Shown: in pieces, positions 13,800 through 26,923 of the stretch | Layout: the number at the start of each line of letters is the position of its first letter | Position numbering within the stretch: the stretch's first letter is position 1 | Origin: Lama glama | Lineage: Eukaryota | Assembly (NCBI GenBank): GCA_028534125.1 | Contig: CM052832.1 | Location: 17,796,001-17,860,000 of the forward strand | DNA length: 64,000 bases | Reading direction: 5' to 3' | Program-made: the position numbers and the translations under genes | The notes under the pieces: generated by a model | Database searches by the model: none | Told to the model about the DNA's origin: nothing | Seen by the model: the letters and a program-made list of their open reading frames with translations, nothing else

Positions 13800-15280
13800 T
13801 GCCATATGACCAGTAATCAAGACTTTTTTTTTAAAGGCCATAGAACGGGACCTCTAGATAATTTAAATTCTGCAATTAGTAGACAAATATTTGAACATAG
13901 CTATGATTAGTTTGTTAAAGGAAAACAGACAAAAAAGGCAAACTCATGAGAATTTCACTAGAGACTTGAAACATAAAAATAATAGAATGCACATTCTAGA
14001 AATAAAAAGTAAAGTAGCAAATTAAAATCTCGCTTTGAGTTTAACAACGTAACATAGGAATAGTGACTGGCAGTAGAAAAAAAAAAAGAGTAACACCAAG
14101 AAAGAAAAAAGAAAGGAAACAAATTATGAACATAATGACATACAGGTCATACACAAGTGGTTTAAGATATAAATAATTAGGGTATCAGGAGAAGTGAGAA
14201 AGAATGAAGCAGAAACAAAATACGGAAGATAATGGCTAAGAATTTTCCAAAACTAACTAGAAACATCATCTAACGTACTAAAGAATTTCAGTAAACTCTA
14301 AGAAGGATAAACTGAAAAATAAGACTACCTAAAGGTATTATGTTTATTTTCTTAGACATAATACCAAAAGCATGATTCATAAAAGAAAAAAAATCAATAA
14401 ATTGGACTTCATCAAAATGAAAAACATTTGCTTTGTGAAAGACTCTGTTAAGAGTATAAAAGACCAGCTCTAGACTAAAAGAAAATATCTGCAAACCGTA
14501 TATCAGACAAAAGACTCATAATTAGAATGAATAAAGAACTCTCAGTACTCAACAATAAAAACAAATAATGCAATTAGAAAATGGGCAAAAGACATAACTG
14601 ACATTTCACCACAGAAGAAATATTGATGGCTAATAAGCGCACGGAAATGTGTTCAACATCATTAGCCATTTGGGAAATGCAAACTAAAATTACTATGAGA
14701 TACACCATATATTTAACTAAAAGAGCTAAAATTAAAAATAGTGATAACACCAAATGCTGACAAGAATGTAGAGAAACTGGACTCATATATTGTTGTTAGT
14801 TTCCACTCTGGAAAATAGCTTCTTAAGAAATTAAACATATACTTACCATATGACCCAGCTATTACGCCTCTGGACATTTATCCCAGAAAAATGAAAACTT
14901 ACACTCACACAAAACTCTAGACATTATGGCTTATAACAGTTCTATTTGCAATACCCAAAATGTAGAACTAACCTAAACGTTCTTTGGTGGGTGAATGGTT
15001 AAGCAAATTATGCTGCATATATACCATGACTACTATTTGACAATAAAAAGGAATGAATTACTGATACATGCAACAGTTTAGATGGATGTCACCAGCATTA
15101 AGCTGAGTGAAAAAAAAATTCAAAAGGTTGCATACTATTTGATTCCATTTATATAACATCAAAATGACAAGATTATAGAGATAGTGAACAGATTAGTGGT
15201 TGCCAGGAGTCAGGGATGGGGATTGAGGGGAGAAAGAGATGAGTGTGATTATAAAGGGGTAACATAAATAAGAAGTATTT
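13800..15280 (+). mobile_element. Old L1 (L1M-type) fragments: ORF1/ORF2 remnants and 3' end
   Basis: Typical L1 phrases: ATAAATTGGACTTCATCAAAAT, AAAATGGGCAAAAGA, ACCATATGACCCAGC, AAAAAGGAATGAATTACTGATACATGCAACA, CAGATTAGTGGTTGCCAGG. Boundaries approximate. Confidence 0.8.
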
Positions 15281-15780
15281 NNNNNNNNNNNNNNNNNNNN
15301 NNNNNNNNNNNNNNNNNNNNNNNNNNNNNNNNNNNNNNNNNNNNNNNNNNNNNNNNNNNNNNNNNNNNNNNNNNNNNNNNNNNNNNNNNNNNNNNNNNNN
15401 NNNNNNNNNNNNNNNNNNNNNNNNNNNNNNNNNNNNNNNNNNNNNNNNNNNNNNNNNNNNNNNNNNNNNNNNNNNNNNNNNNNNNNNNNNNNNNNNNNNN
15501 NNNNNNNNNNNNNNNNNNNNNNNNNNNNNNNNNNNNNNNNNNNNNNNNNNNNNNNNNNNNNNNNNNNNNNNNNNNNNNNNNNNNNNNNNNNNNNNNNNNN
15601 NNNNNNNNNNNNNNNNNNNNNNNNNNNNNNNNNNNNNNNNNNNNNNNNNNNNNNNNNNNNNNNNNNNNNNNNNNNNNNNNNNNNNNNNNNNNNNNNNNNN
15701 NNNNNNNNNNNNNNNNNNNNNNNNNNNNNNNNNNNNNNNNNNNNNNNNNNNNNNNNNNNNNNNNNNNNNNNNNNNNNNNN
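15281..15780. other. Assembly gap (500 N)
   Basis: Run of exactly 500 N, a placeholder length. Confidence 1.
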
Positions 15781-18700
15781 ATGCACCTTTCTCCTCCAGA
15801 TAGCGCCTCTGCCCTTTCCCCTTTTCCAGGTTATTCATGCTAATTATCTAAGAACTAGGCTTTCTTCTAATTTTATATATATATAAAATTATATATATAA
15901 TTATATATATATAAAATTTCTATATTCTTCTAATTTATATATATATACTTTCTCATGTGATCTCATACAGATACAGATTACATAACAAAATCATATTTTG
16001 GTATCTTGATTTATTGTTTTATAGAAGAACCATGTTATGTACGTATTTCAGCATTTTTGTTTGCTCATTCAGTAAAATCTCAGGAAAACATCTCCAAGAA
16101 TGTGTTAGTGCGATAATTTCTTGTTTCAGATGAATGAATAGTTCTCATTCAGTGAATCTATTAATTATTTAGTAAATTTCCTATCAAGGACCCTATATTT
16201 TTCTTTATCTTTGGTCATTAAAACATGTCTATATCAAACATTATTGCCCATTTGTCCTTATACACTGTTAGATTCCTTTCTATGGGGATAACTCCTTGGA
16301 GTAACAGCACTGAACTGAGAATTTATATAGTTTTTAGAAGCCTTTGCCATATTTTCCCCAAGAAAACACTTTGAATTTCCACCAGTAATCTGCGAGTAGT
16401 CTTTTTCCTTCATTGTCATTAGCAATAAGATTCAGTTCTTCTTTTGCTTCCAGTCTGGTGAATGTGAAGAGCTGTATCATCATGAATATAAATTTCTCTA
16501 CTTGAGAATTTGGCCATATTTTCTCATATCTATTAGTTTTTTGGATATGCTATTGTCTAAATTGTCTATTACTATAAGTGTTTTCCTATTGGGCTATTTG
16601 TGTGATTTCTCCCTAAATTTGTTAAAATTCTTAAATCTTTTTTCAGAATTATAAATATTTGTCTTCCAAATCTATTCGTCTGGAAAAGAAATTGAAATGA
16701 ACCTGTATATGGTAGCACATGAAAAAATAAAAATATATTTTGGCTGGATTAAATAGTATAATATAAAAACATTTAAATCTTATAATACAATCTATATAAT
16801 CTTGAGTTGAAGAAGAATTTAGTTACCAAGCCTGGAAATTTTAAAGATCCATGAAATAAAAGATAGATAAATTGGTTCTATATTAATTTTTTAAAACTGC
16901 TTTATGTAAAATGTTTCATAAACCAAGTTAAGCAATTTTCTTAAGATAAATTAAAAAGAGGTCTCTTCTGTTACAAATCAAAGGCTTGTTAGCATAATCT
17001 CAGATGGAATCTCAGAGGATTTACACATGAGATAAAAATTTCTTCCTGAGAGAAGTAATTAAGTAACATTATAGAAAACTCAATGAGTAGTTTAAAAAAC
17101 TAATCCTTGCTCAATAGCACAAAATCCAAACTGTTCTTGATAAGGTATTTTTGTCCCAACTGTCACTCCTTTTGTCTTAGAAAAAGTTGAAGATTCAGCC
17201 CCTAGAGAAAGGATTTGCTTAGCAAATCAATGATGAAGGAGGAATATTGCTTCGTGGAGATCTCCTCCCTCTCTCTTCCCAGTGGGTATGTGGTTAATTA
17301 CTATAAACTATAGAGGAAGACTTTTGCACTTCAGCGTTTGAGATTTCTGCCAGAGACCAAAAAATATTGATAAAGTACATCCATTTGCGAAACTGGTTGG
17401 AAAAAAAAATCTGAAAATAGTGGTTGATGCTCTAATTCCAAGTGATGTGATGCCAGAAGACCATTCTGATCATCTGTAATACTTCATTCTTATCTTCCAG
17501 TTAACTCTGAATGGAGACATCATGACTTGCCATGTTTTGAATGTAACTAAAAGAAGTTGAATGAATTTCAACTCAGTTTTACAACTCAGTAACATATGAA
17601 GATGTCACTGTATCTGTGAACTTTAATTTAGTCCTATTTGAATTCAAGTTTTCTTGGACATAAAATTGATCTCTCGCCAATGTTTAAGATGGAGGTAAGT
17701 AGAAAACATATTTCAGAATTACTAAATAAAATTACACTAAATTTGAGTATTCTAAGCACATATTTCATGGACTGTTTATATTTCAAATCTCAGCAAAGAC
17801 CAGCTTATCTGTTAGGAAAAATCTGATTCATTTAGCTTCAGTTTCTATAAACCTTTATATGTAACATGTGTATTATAATTATAATTATAAACTTTAATAT
17901 ATATTATTTATGAATATATATTATGAATATATGTTATTTATATATACAAATTGTATTTTATATTATATATTATGCACAAATATATACTTTGAATATATTT
18001 ATATAATCTATGGGAAATAAGAACTTTAGAGTGGGTCAGTCTTAGGTTCTAATTTTTAGTCTGCTATTTACTAGCTCTAGGACCTCGGGAAAGTAATTTC
18101 TCTAAGCATATAAATTTAGTTTCTGCCTGCAAGTTAACCTTTAGTGAACTGGAAAAAAAATTTGACACTCTTCCTTGTACTGATAAACCAATCTACAATA
18201 TATTAAATGTGTGAAAGATTACTCCTATTATTCATTTTTATACTCCAGCAAGAATATGGTATCTAGGTGTTGTTTGGAAGCCTATCTCATAGAGATAGAA
18301 GATAATAGAAGAAAATATAACAGTAAACAATTTTTATGCTAAAAGGACATTATCAATCCCATAGTGTTACTGAAGGTAAAACTGATATCCAAACCTATTA
18401 ATTAACTTGCCCAATTATACAATGATTTACTGGCTGATTTGGGATTAAACTCATCACTGCTCTTGTCTCAATGCTCTTTCCATAGTGCAGCTTAAAAAGA
18501 TGCTTCCAAGACTCTGTTGAACCTTATCTTTTTGCATGTTCAAGGTCAGATATGGGATAAGAGAATGATGTAGAGTGTGACAGACAGAAGATCAACAGAT
18601 CGCAGATAAAATTCGTTGATATCTCAGCAGCAGCTTTCCAAAATCCTTTTCTTTTATCAGCTTCCATTGACTTCTGTTTTAACCCAGTATGCTCCCTTTC

Positions 18701-20089
18701 TGACCCCTTGATATATCACACAATTCAAAAGTTTTATTCTGCTGCCCAATTAAATGCTACTCAAAATGAGTAAACATTACCTTGAGATTCTGGCCATGTA
18801 CTTTCACTCAAAAGCAGAGGAATCTGCTCACTGGCCTTTAAGGAATTAGCCACAATTGCAAGCAAATGGCACAGATGTCAATGGGTAATACTCAGGAGCC
18901 TATCCGATGTAATTTCAGAGCTGCAGATAAGGACATCCCAGGTTTTTGTTCTTTTGGTTTAGTTGTAAATAAACACTTCAATCCTAACATTGGAGATATG
19001 AATCAGAATTCAAATTACTTAAAAACTTCAAGAATGCAAAATAATACCATAACTTCTTAATCTAAAGATATGCTTTCAAAAGTGGATGAATATTTGAGGT
19101 TGTGTTTGAAAGATGGGTGAATGTACCAAAAAAAAAAAAAAGAGTAAAGCAGAATTCAAGAATTCAAAGCTCTGAAATCTCCCAAATTTCCTCTCCTCAT
19201 TGCTTTCCGGCTCTATTATTTTTATTTCTTATTCTGCTCCAGAGCCTTCTGCTGGAGTGATAAATAGTTTTCCCCTCACTGATTACAGAACATGAGAGGA
19301 TATTACATATAACAGAAGTCATGAACTACTATATTGAGACAAAAGCAGTTTATTACTTTTTTAAGTACTCTATCTCAATTGAGTAAAAAAGAATTAACAG
19401 ATTCCCTCTTTCTATAATCTACAGAGAGGGCTTCTTGGCTGAGTTCTAGAAAGTAATACCAGATCTCAGGCTGGTCAGGAAAGGCGCTTGGCCCGTGTGA
19501 AAGGAGAAAACACGGGCAGTGTCCTCAGGGATGAGATACTTCCTGAGCAATAATATAAGGCTTGTCTCCTCAGTATTACAGCTAGAGATGTCTTATATCT
19601 TATCCAAACAGGAATACTGAGAATGGAAGCAGCTCTTTTTGTGGGCTGGGATTTACACAATTTTAACTGATTCACACAAACAGGAAATCTCATTGGCATT
19701 AAGGAGAAATTAGAATGAATTCAAAGGGCAAGAACTGTGTCTACATCTACCTAACAGTAGGCACCTAGGTAAAAAGAAGTGAGAACAATGAATATACAAA
19801 CTAACAAAAAATCAAACGATAAATTCTGTGAATGTGGAAACTGATGATATACTTTAAAATTTTGGAAATTTATTTTGCTAATACACTGTTACTAAAATAG
19901 AAACACTTGAAATACTTGGGAAGATAAATATTTATAATTTTGTCAACATATTTTCATGTTATTAATAGCATCAGCCTGTAAATTTATGCAAATTTTAGCA
20001 AAGTGATTATAACTAACTGACAGTAAGTAAATGCGTTTGTTAACTTACTGACTTTATATTTCAGGGAACCAGGAGTTGAACTACTTAAC

Positions 20090-21031
20090 ATGAATAGGAT
20101 AAATGAGAGTGTCCCCCAAGAGTTCATCCTCTTAGGTTTCTCAGATCGACCATGGCTGGAGCTTCCACTCTTTGTGGTGTTCTTGGTTTCCTATATCTTG
20201 ACTATCTTTGGCAATCTGGCAGTAATTCTCGTGTCACGTCTGGATTCCAAACTCCATACCCCAATGTATTTTTTTCTTACCAATCTCTCACTCCTAGATC
20301 TTTGCTACACCACAAGCACAGTTCCACAGATGCTGGTAAACATACGCAGCATCAGGAAGGTGATTAGTTATGGTGGCTGTGTGGCCCAACTTTTCATTTT
20401 CCTGGCCTTGGGTTCCACTGAATGTCTCCTCTTGGCTGTCATGTCCTTTGACAGGTTTGTAGCTATTTGTCAGCCTCTCCATTACTCAGTCATCATGCAC
20501 CAGAGGCTCTGCCTCCAGTTGGCAGCTGCATCCTGGATTAGTGGCTTCAGTAACTCACTATTGCAGTCCACTTTGACCCTTCAGATGCCACTCTGTGGTC
20601 ACAAAGAAGTGGATCACTTCTTCTGTGAAGTCCCTGCTCTGCTCAAGTTGTCGTGTGTGGACACAACAGCAAATGAGGCTGAACTATTTTTTATCAGTGT
20701 GCTATTTCTTCTAATACCCGTGGTACTCATTCTTATATCATATGCTTTTATTGCTCAAGCGGTGTTGAAAATACAGTCAACTGAAGGTCGGCGAAAGGCA
20801 TTTGGAACATGTGGCTCCCATCTGATAGTGGTGTCCCTTTTTTATGGCACTGCTATCTATATGTACCTGCAACCACCATCCCCTGCCTCCAAGGACCGGG
20901 GAAAGATGGTCTCCCTTTTCTATGGAATCATCACACCCATGTTGAACCCCCTTATATACACACTTAGAAACAAAGATGTAAAAGGAGCGTTTAAGAGGTT
21001 GATTGCAAGGATTTTCTTAATCAAGAAATAG
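20090..21031 (+). CDS. OR2B2: Olfactory receptor 2B2-like, intact 313 aa
   Basis: Intact ORF with OR motifs [38 protein letters not shown] and [13 protein letters not shown]. Branch point-like tactgac and acceptor tttcAG (ending 20064) lie just upstream. Name from recalled similarity to human OR2B2 and position next to the tRNA pair. Confidence 0.9.
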   Translation: MNRINESVPQEFILLGFSDRPWLELPLFVVFLVSYILTIFGNLAVILVSRLDSKLHTPMYFFLTNLSLLDLCYTTSTVPQMLVNIRSIRKVISYGGCVAQLFIFLALGSTECLLLAVMSFDRFVAICQPLHYSVIMHQRLCLQLAAASWISGFSNSLLQSTLTLQMPLCGHKEVDHFFCEVPALLKLSCVDTTANEAELFFISVLFLLIPVVLILISYAFIAQAVLKIQSTEGRRKAFGTCGSHLIVVSLFYGTAIYMYLQPPSPASKDRGKMVSLFYGIITPMLNPLIYTLRNKDVKGAFKRLIARIFLIKK

Positions 21032-22156
21032 GAACACCCAAATGATAGGTCTTGTAAAGACTTGAAGTTTACATATTTTAATAATTTAAGTCTCCCAAGT
21101 TGCTTTAGTCTGGCTACTCTAAGAAAGAAATATTACAGGGACCTTCCTCAAATAAAATGTCATTGGTAGAAAACTACACTTATTTCCTACTGCCTAAATG
21201 TATTCATTGCACAAGTCCTGAGCACTGGTCTGTTATGATCCCCTAAAATAGTGTAACCTTAAAATACTTAAAGTTTCAAGCTTTATAGCACTGGTTTATA
21301 TACTTAATGAAGATTCTTAGACTTCTCTGAGACTAGAATGAAAGCTTAGGAAACAAAACATTTTTATATACATGCAAATACACTCACACAAACCACCCTC
21401 ACAAATTTATTCTCAGTTATTAGAGATATAACAGAAGTCCATAAAACCATCCATAGCCCCCTCCTCTTAATTGTAAATATTACATTAGTAAATGTAGATA
21501 TAACATTAGTGTTAAATTTTTTACACTATTTGCACATCAACACAATATTTGTGTTCCACAATGATTTTTCTTCCACAGTTTTACCCAGATCTTCACTTAT
21601 TTCTGTACTTTCCACTTATCCTAAATTAAAGTGTCCTATTTTATTTTGCCTACCAAATGGATTTGTAGCTATATTTTAGATTTGAGTCACACACTCTTTT
21701 TATTGAAAAAAATTTTCATAATTCCCCTACTGCCTATGTTATTGCTCTCCCTTTAGCCCCTAAAGCAATTAGAGTTTAAATCATAAAAATAGCACATTAT
21801 ATAATGATGTCCTTCACTTGTTTAATGCATTTTTTTAATGCAAGAAGAAAAGCTTATTATGTTAGTTCCCTTGAGGTAGCATAGATTGTAATTTATACTT
21901 CTTCCATATAGCCTTCGGACTCATCAAAGTGCTGAGGAAAATACTTGCACACTGTGAATTGGTTATTTGGTTGATTTTATGAATAGTTGCACTGTAATCA
22001 TTTTAACTGCTTCACTATCCTTTTTCTAATTATTTCTTCTACTAAATATATTATAAAAACAGAAAATAGAATAACTGAGAAACACAATTAGCATATTTCT
22101 CATGAAGATCTTACAGTAATAAGGTGTATTTCTGCCTCAATGTAATTTTCTAACAC

Positions 22157-22352
22157 AGTATGGTGGATCTTAAAACTTTAACGTATATCAGAACCATCTG
22201 GAGGGCTTTTAAAGTCCACATCCACTGGGAGTCACTTCTCCTCCACTCCCAGAGTTTCAAAGGCCATAGGTCTGGGGGGAGGAGGTTGGATACTGCATTT
22301 CTAATGAATTTCCGGGTAATTCTGAACAGAGACCACGCTTTAAGGACTGCTG
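22157..22352. mobile_element. MER5A-like hAT transposon
   Basis: ATCAGAACCATCTGGAGGGCTTTTAAA...CTGCATTTCTAATGAATTTCCGGGT...GACCACGCTTT, resembling the recalled MER5A consensus. Confidence 0.65.
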
Positions 22353-23489
22353 TGCTAGTGTTTAAAATGAATGCAGAAAATGTTTTGCTGATATTGGGAC
22401 TCAAGGCGGGCCGCCTCAAAATATACCACAGTGGCATGTTAATTATTTTGAGTTGAAGTTGCTTGAGAAACAGCAGATGCTAGAAGGAAACTCTGACCCT
22501 TCTCTCTTCCCTTGAAAACAGGGGGTAAATCTCTCATGTGAAAGGTGTACTCCCACATCTGGAGGTAGCAAGATCACCAGAGAGGAAATTCAGGGCTGAG
22601 ATGCCTGTATAAACAAACTAATAATAAAGTATATAAATTATTGGCTTCAATTCTAGGATTCACATTTTAAGAAATACGTTTAAAATTAAAATGCTTCTAC
22701 AGAATGATGACTAGAGAATTGAGGAATCAGAATATCATGCCTCTGAAAGAATTACTGAAGCCATAGATTTGTTTAAAATGGAGTAGAAAATGCTTTGTCA
22801 AAGTATGATGCAATTGTTCTCTTCAAATATTTAAAGGGTAGTCATGCAGAATATTGTTTGTTCCATAAGGGGTAGAATTCATACTAATGGGTAAAAATAA
22901 AGCCGATTTTAATATGACATAAGAAAGGACTCACAATACAATTTACATTATACCACAATGAAGTAGTTAAACATTTCTGGCAATGTGGGAAAAAACAAAT
23001 CTATATAAAATAGAGATTGAATTAAATAGTCTACCTAATGCTTTTCCTCCTTCTAGTCTGTTTTAGGAATTTTCTGTAGTTAAATGGTTTGTCACAACAA
23101 TTTCTGTTAATGACCAAAAGAACAAAAGTAGACACAGAGAAAATGATAGATATAACCAAGCCTTTGGAAAGAATGTCATGTAGAAATTGAATTGATTCTT
23201 CTGGCTCCTAAGTAAAGAGCTAGGTGGAAGCTACTCTGATTCGACATATGGGAGTCAACACTGCAAAAAAAAAAAAAATAAGAAAGTTTGAATGAATAAA
23301 TATCTCTGTGGAGACAGGATTTTCAATCCTGGAGGGAAGTTGGATTACACGGTTTGTAAGATTATTTCTAACCCAAAAAGTCTGTGACTGTGTCGATAAC
23401 AATATAGGGGAATTTGGTTAGACATGAAAAATAATTTCCTGAAAATAAAATTTGTGATATAATAGACTATGTAAATAAAGATACAGTGA

Positions 23490-23939
23490 AATGTTTTCTC
23501 TCACAGTTCTGGAGGTTAGAAGTCTGAAATTAAGGTGTCATGAGGTCATACTCCCTCTGGAAGCTGGGGAGGGGGGTGGAGGAGGGGAGAGGGTGGAGGA
23601 GGCGAGGGGGTGGTGGGATCTGTTCCTTGCTTTTTTGAGTTTCTAGCCGCTGCTGGCATGCCTTGCTGTCCTTGACTTGTGGTCACATCACTCTCATCTC
23701 TGCCTCCATTTTCATAACTCCTTCTCCTCTGTGTGTGCCTCAATCTAACTTCCCTCTGCCTCTTTCTTACAAGGAGACATTTGATGGCATTGAGAGCCCA
23801 CTGAGACAATCTAGGATAAATTTATCTTGTCAAGATTCTTGACTAATCACATTTTTTGCCATATAAGGTAACATTCACAGGTTCTGGTGATTATGAGGTG
23901 GACATATCTTTTGGGGGGGTCATTATTCAAGCTGCTGCA
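23490..23939 (-). mobile_element. MLT1 (MaLR) LTR
   Basis: CTCACAGTTCTGGAGGTTAGAAGTCTGAAATTAAGGTGTC and TAAGGTAACATTCACAGGTTCTGG hallmark phrases. Confidence 0.8.
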
Positions 23940-24592
23940 TCATTTATGACATTCAGGGCGATGTTGCCCATTATCCCCTGAAAAAAGGAGACTAACATTA
24001 GGTTTTGAGGATTTTTTTTTAGATTCTTAATCAAATTAGCAAGAATGTAACTTTACTCCTACTCCTAAAGTCATCACTATCTTGTTATCATTAGAACAGA
24101 TAGATTATATCACTTTTCAATACACATTGAATTAGTCATTGGGCAAAAGTTGGTGGAAAAGTTAAAACTCTTTTGTGCAGATATAAGCAATCTGTATCTT
24201 TGATTTTTTTAAGCTAAGTGAATATTAAAACCATATAGATAGTAGTTATTAGAAAGACAATGGAATTTGTATATTTGTGTGTAATTTAAATATAAACACA
24301 AAATATACTGTTATATATACCATCTTTCACTTATCTTTATTATTTATATTAAAATAACAATCATATTTCCATAAATATGTCACATTTTTATCATTTTACT
24401 CCATTTTCAGTACCAAAATGTGCCCCAATTATACTCTAATGAAAAGATACAGATTGTCAGATTGGGTAAAGAAACAAGACTCATATACTGCTTATAAGAA
24501 ATACTTTAAATGTAAAGACACAATTGGGTAAGTAGTACAAGTTTGGAAAAATGTATGCCATTATAACACCAATTAAAAGAAAACTGGATTAA

Positions 24593-24681
24593 GGGAGGTG
24601 GGTATAGCTCAGTGGTACAGTGCATGCTTAGTGTGCATAAGGTCCTGGGTTCAATCCCCAGCGCATTAAAAAAAAAAAAAA
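24593..24681 (+). mobile_element. tRNA-derived SINE (Vic-1-like, short form) inserted in L1 sequence
   Basis: Same A/B-box head followed by a poly(A) tail; GGATT occurs on both sides as part of a probable target-site duplication (TSD). Confidence 0.82.
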
Positions 24682-25471
24682 GGATTGGCTCCAGTGTTAC
24701 TTAATAAAGGGCTCCTATCTATAAAGGAAAAAATATACTATTACATTTTTTAAATGTGTTTAATATTGTAAGATGGAGGGAAAACGTAACCATGCTGTTG
24801 TTAGGAATCAATGTTTTCATTATGATACAGATATAACTAATAAATTTAAGTTAAATTAAATTTAAAATTAAATAAAAATAATATGAACTGATGCATTTAA
24901 AAATATATATCATCTAGCTCTGTCCACTGAATGGCCTAGAAGTATGACATGAACATTTTATTAACATATAACATATTATTTGCATTTTAAAACTTATAAA
25001 TTTTATTAGCTATAATGATGCTGAGAACTCAGTTCTCTGATACTGTTTGCCACTAAAAAGAATAAGAACTTCTTGAAGAAATAACTTATGTCATGTATGA
25101 AACAAGGAGGGTAACTGGTAAGCCTGGGACATTTTATTGTGCCAGAAAAGGACATTAGGGACATCTTGAAAAACCTCCCTAAGCCCAAAGCATCCAAAAT
25201 AATGATGAATGTAATTAATTGAAGTAAATTAATGTATTGAAAATTCCAGACTCTCTGATGATACTTAAAAAAAAAAAGCAACATGGGAAATTTTATGTGT
25301 ATTTCAGAGAAACCAGATAGCCATTCCATGAAGGAAAGCTCTACTTTACTGAAGGCTACCAATTAAAAATATAGGAGAAATGAGATAGTGAATTACCACT
25401 CTGCAACCCACAGTGAAAATATCGGCTCTGGCAAAGAATAGTGTTAAAATCTTTGGGTGTTTGGATGATGG

Positions 25472-25934
25472 TGTTACGGAAACTACAGGCCAGTCAAGAA
25501 ACAAGCACCACTCGGAGGGTTGGAGTACTCAGATGTATTAAGCCGGCGGGCTCAGAGGGGCTTCTGCTCCGAAGCTCTGAGCACCTCCAAGACGTGCGCA
25601 TGAGGTTTTATAGTGTAAAGAACAAGCTTGGGGTATTTGGCCAATAGGCATGGAACAGCTTTAGCAGCATTATCATCACAAAAGTGGGGGCGGGGAGGCA
25701 GCAAACCAACATTCCAAAGCCAGATATGTATCTTTGAAAACCCAGCTGGCTAGCAAAAACATGAACAGCAAACCAACACTAATTAACTTAGATTTACAAG
25801 TTAGTCTAGCAGAACTCAGATCAGTATTCCGATACTTAGATTTGTTAGTTATCTTGTTAGCCCGGCCCAGCCTCTCCTTCACATTGCTAGACTTGTGAGT
25901 TATCTTGTTAGACCAGCCTGGCTTTTCCTTCACA
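25472..25934 (-). mobile_element. Solo LTR, family A copy 1 (ERV1-like)
   Basis: TG...CA termini and a 4-bp TSD ATGG (25468-71 / 25935-38); highly similar to 28174-28637. Confidence 0.9.
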
Positions 25935-26923
25935 ATGGGAAAACATTTGAAGAGTTCCCAGGTGATAACTCGTACAGATCTTTCTAGCCACAAAGGGGAA
26001 AATAGGGCACAAATTGTCTTTATCCAATCCAGTGATGGATTTTAGAAACATTGATAGTAGAAGTACTAAATAGTTTCTCTCTCTTGTTTGGATGCAGCAT
26101 GAAATACAGATCACCTATAGTGGAGCCAAGTTTCCATCTAGCATTATTTTCCTTCAGATTAAAAAACTTCTGTTAGCATTTCTTGTTCAGCAAGTCTGCT
26201 GGCGATGAATTCCCTTAGTTTTTGTTTATCTGAAAATGTCTTTATCTTACTCTTGTTTTTGGAGAAGAGTCTCAGTGGATATAAAATTCTCTGTCTTAGG
26301 AGCTCTCAGACTTAGTGGATTAAAAAGCATACATGAATACCACTGTTGACCTTGAAAAGCCCAAAGATCCAGTTATTTTAGCAGCAAAACGAATTTATTC
26401 AGGAATAGCAGAAAATTGCCACTGGGACAAGCAAACTATGGCAAACCACAGGGAAGTCCAGAGAACATAGGAGAGAAGCTTGCTTTCACAGAGGAAAGGA
26501 GGAAATTGGGGAGGTTGTGGTGGTTCTTCGTTGGCTGCAGTCTGTGGGCAGCTTGCTGTCACTGGGTCAGGAGGAAATCTTTCTCCTGCTGGGGTCTGAA
26601 AGCTGTGGCAAGTGGTACACATGGGAGAGGTCCCAGGCGAGCAATAAATCTTTCTCCTGATCTCTGGCTTGGTTATGTCTTTTGGCTTGACACCCACCAA
26701 GAGGTGAACCCAGCTTCCCGATGTAGAAAGAAACCCCTTTGGAGCTTTTCTTTTCTGACTAAAAGCAGAGAATTCTGCCAACTCAGCACAGACATAAGAT
26801 CTAAACTCACGAGTTAAACACACCTTTAAAAATTCACCATTACTCAAAGCCCAGGGCACTAGTGTGCTGTTTCTGACCATCTCCCATTAAAGTCTAGGGT
26901 GGGAGTTTCTTAACATGTGGATT

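Noticed and set aside
15173..15838. Long ORFs containing X runs near 15.2, 35.2 and 58.7 kb
   Set aside because: Artefacts of translating through N gaps.
23566..23618. G-quadruplex-like G-rich tract
   Set aside because: A low-complexity expansion inside an MLT1 LTR with no link to a gene.
26395..26880. 161-aa and 133-aa ORFs between the LTRs
   Set aside because: No recognisable retroviral or cellular protein motifs; they lie in LTR-like repeat sequence.
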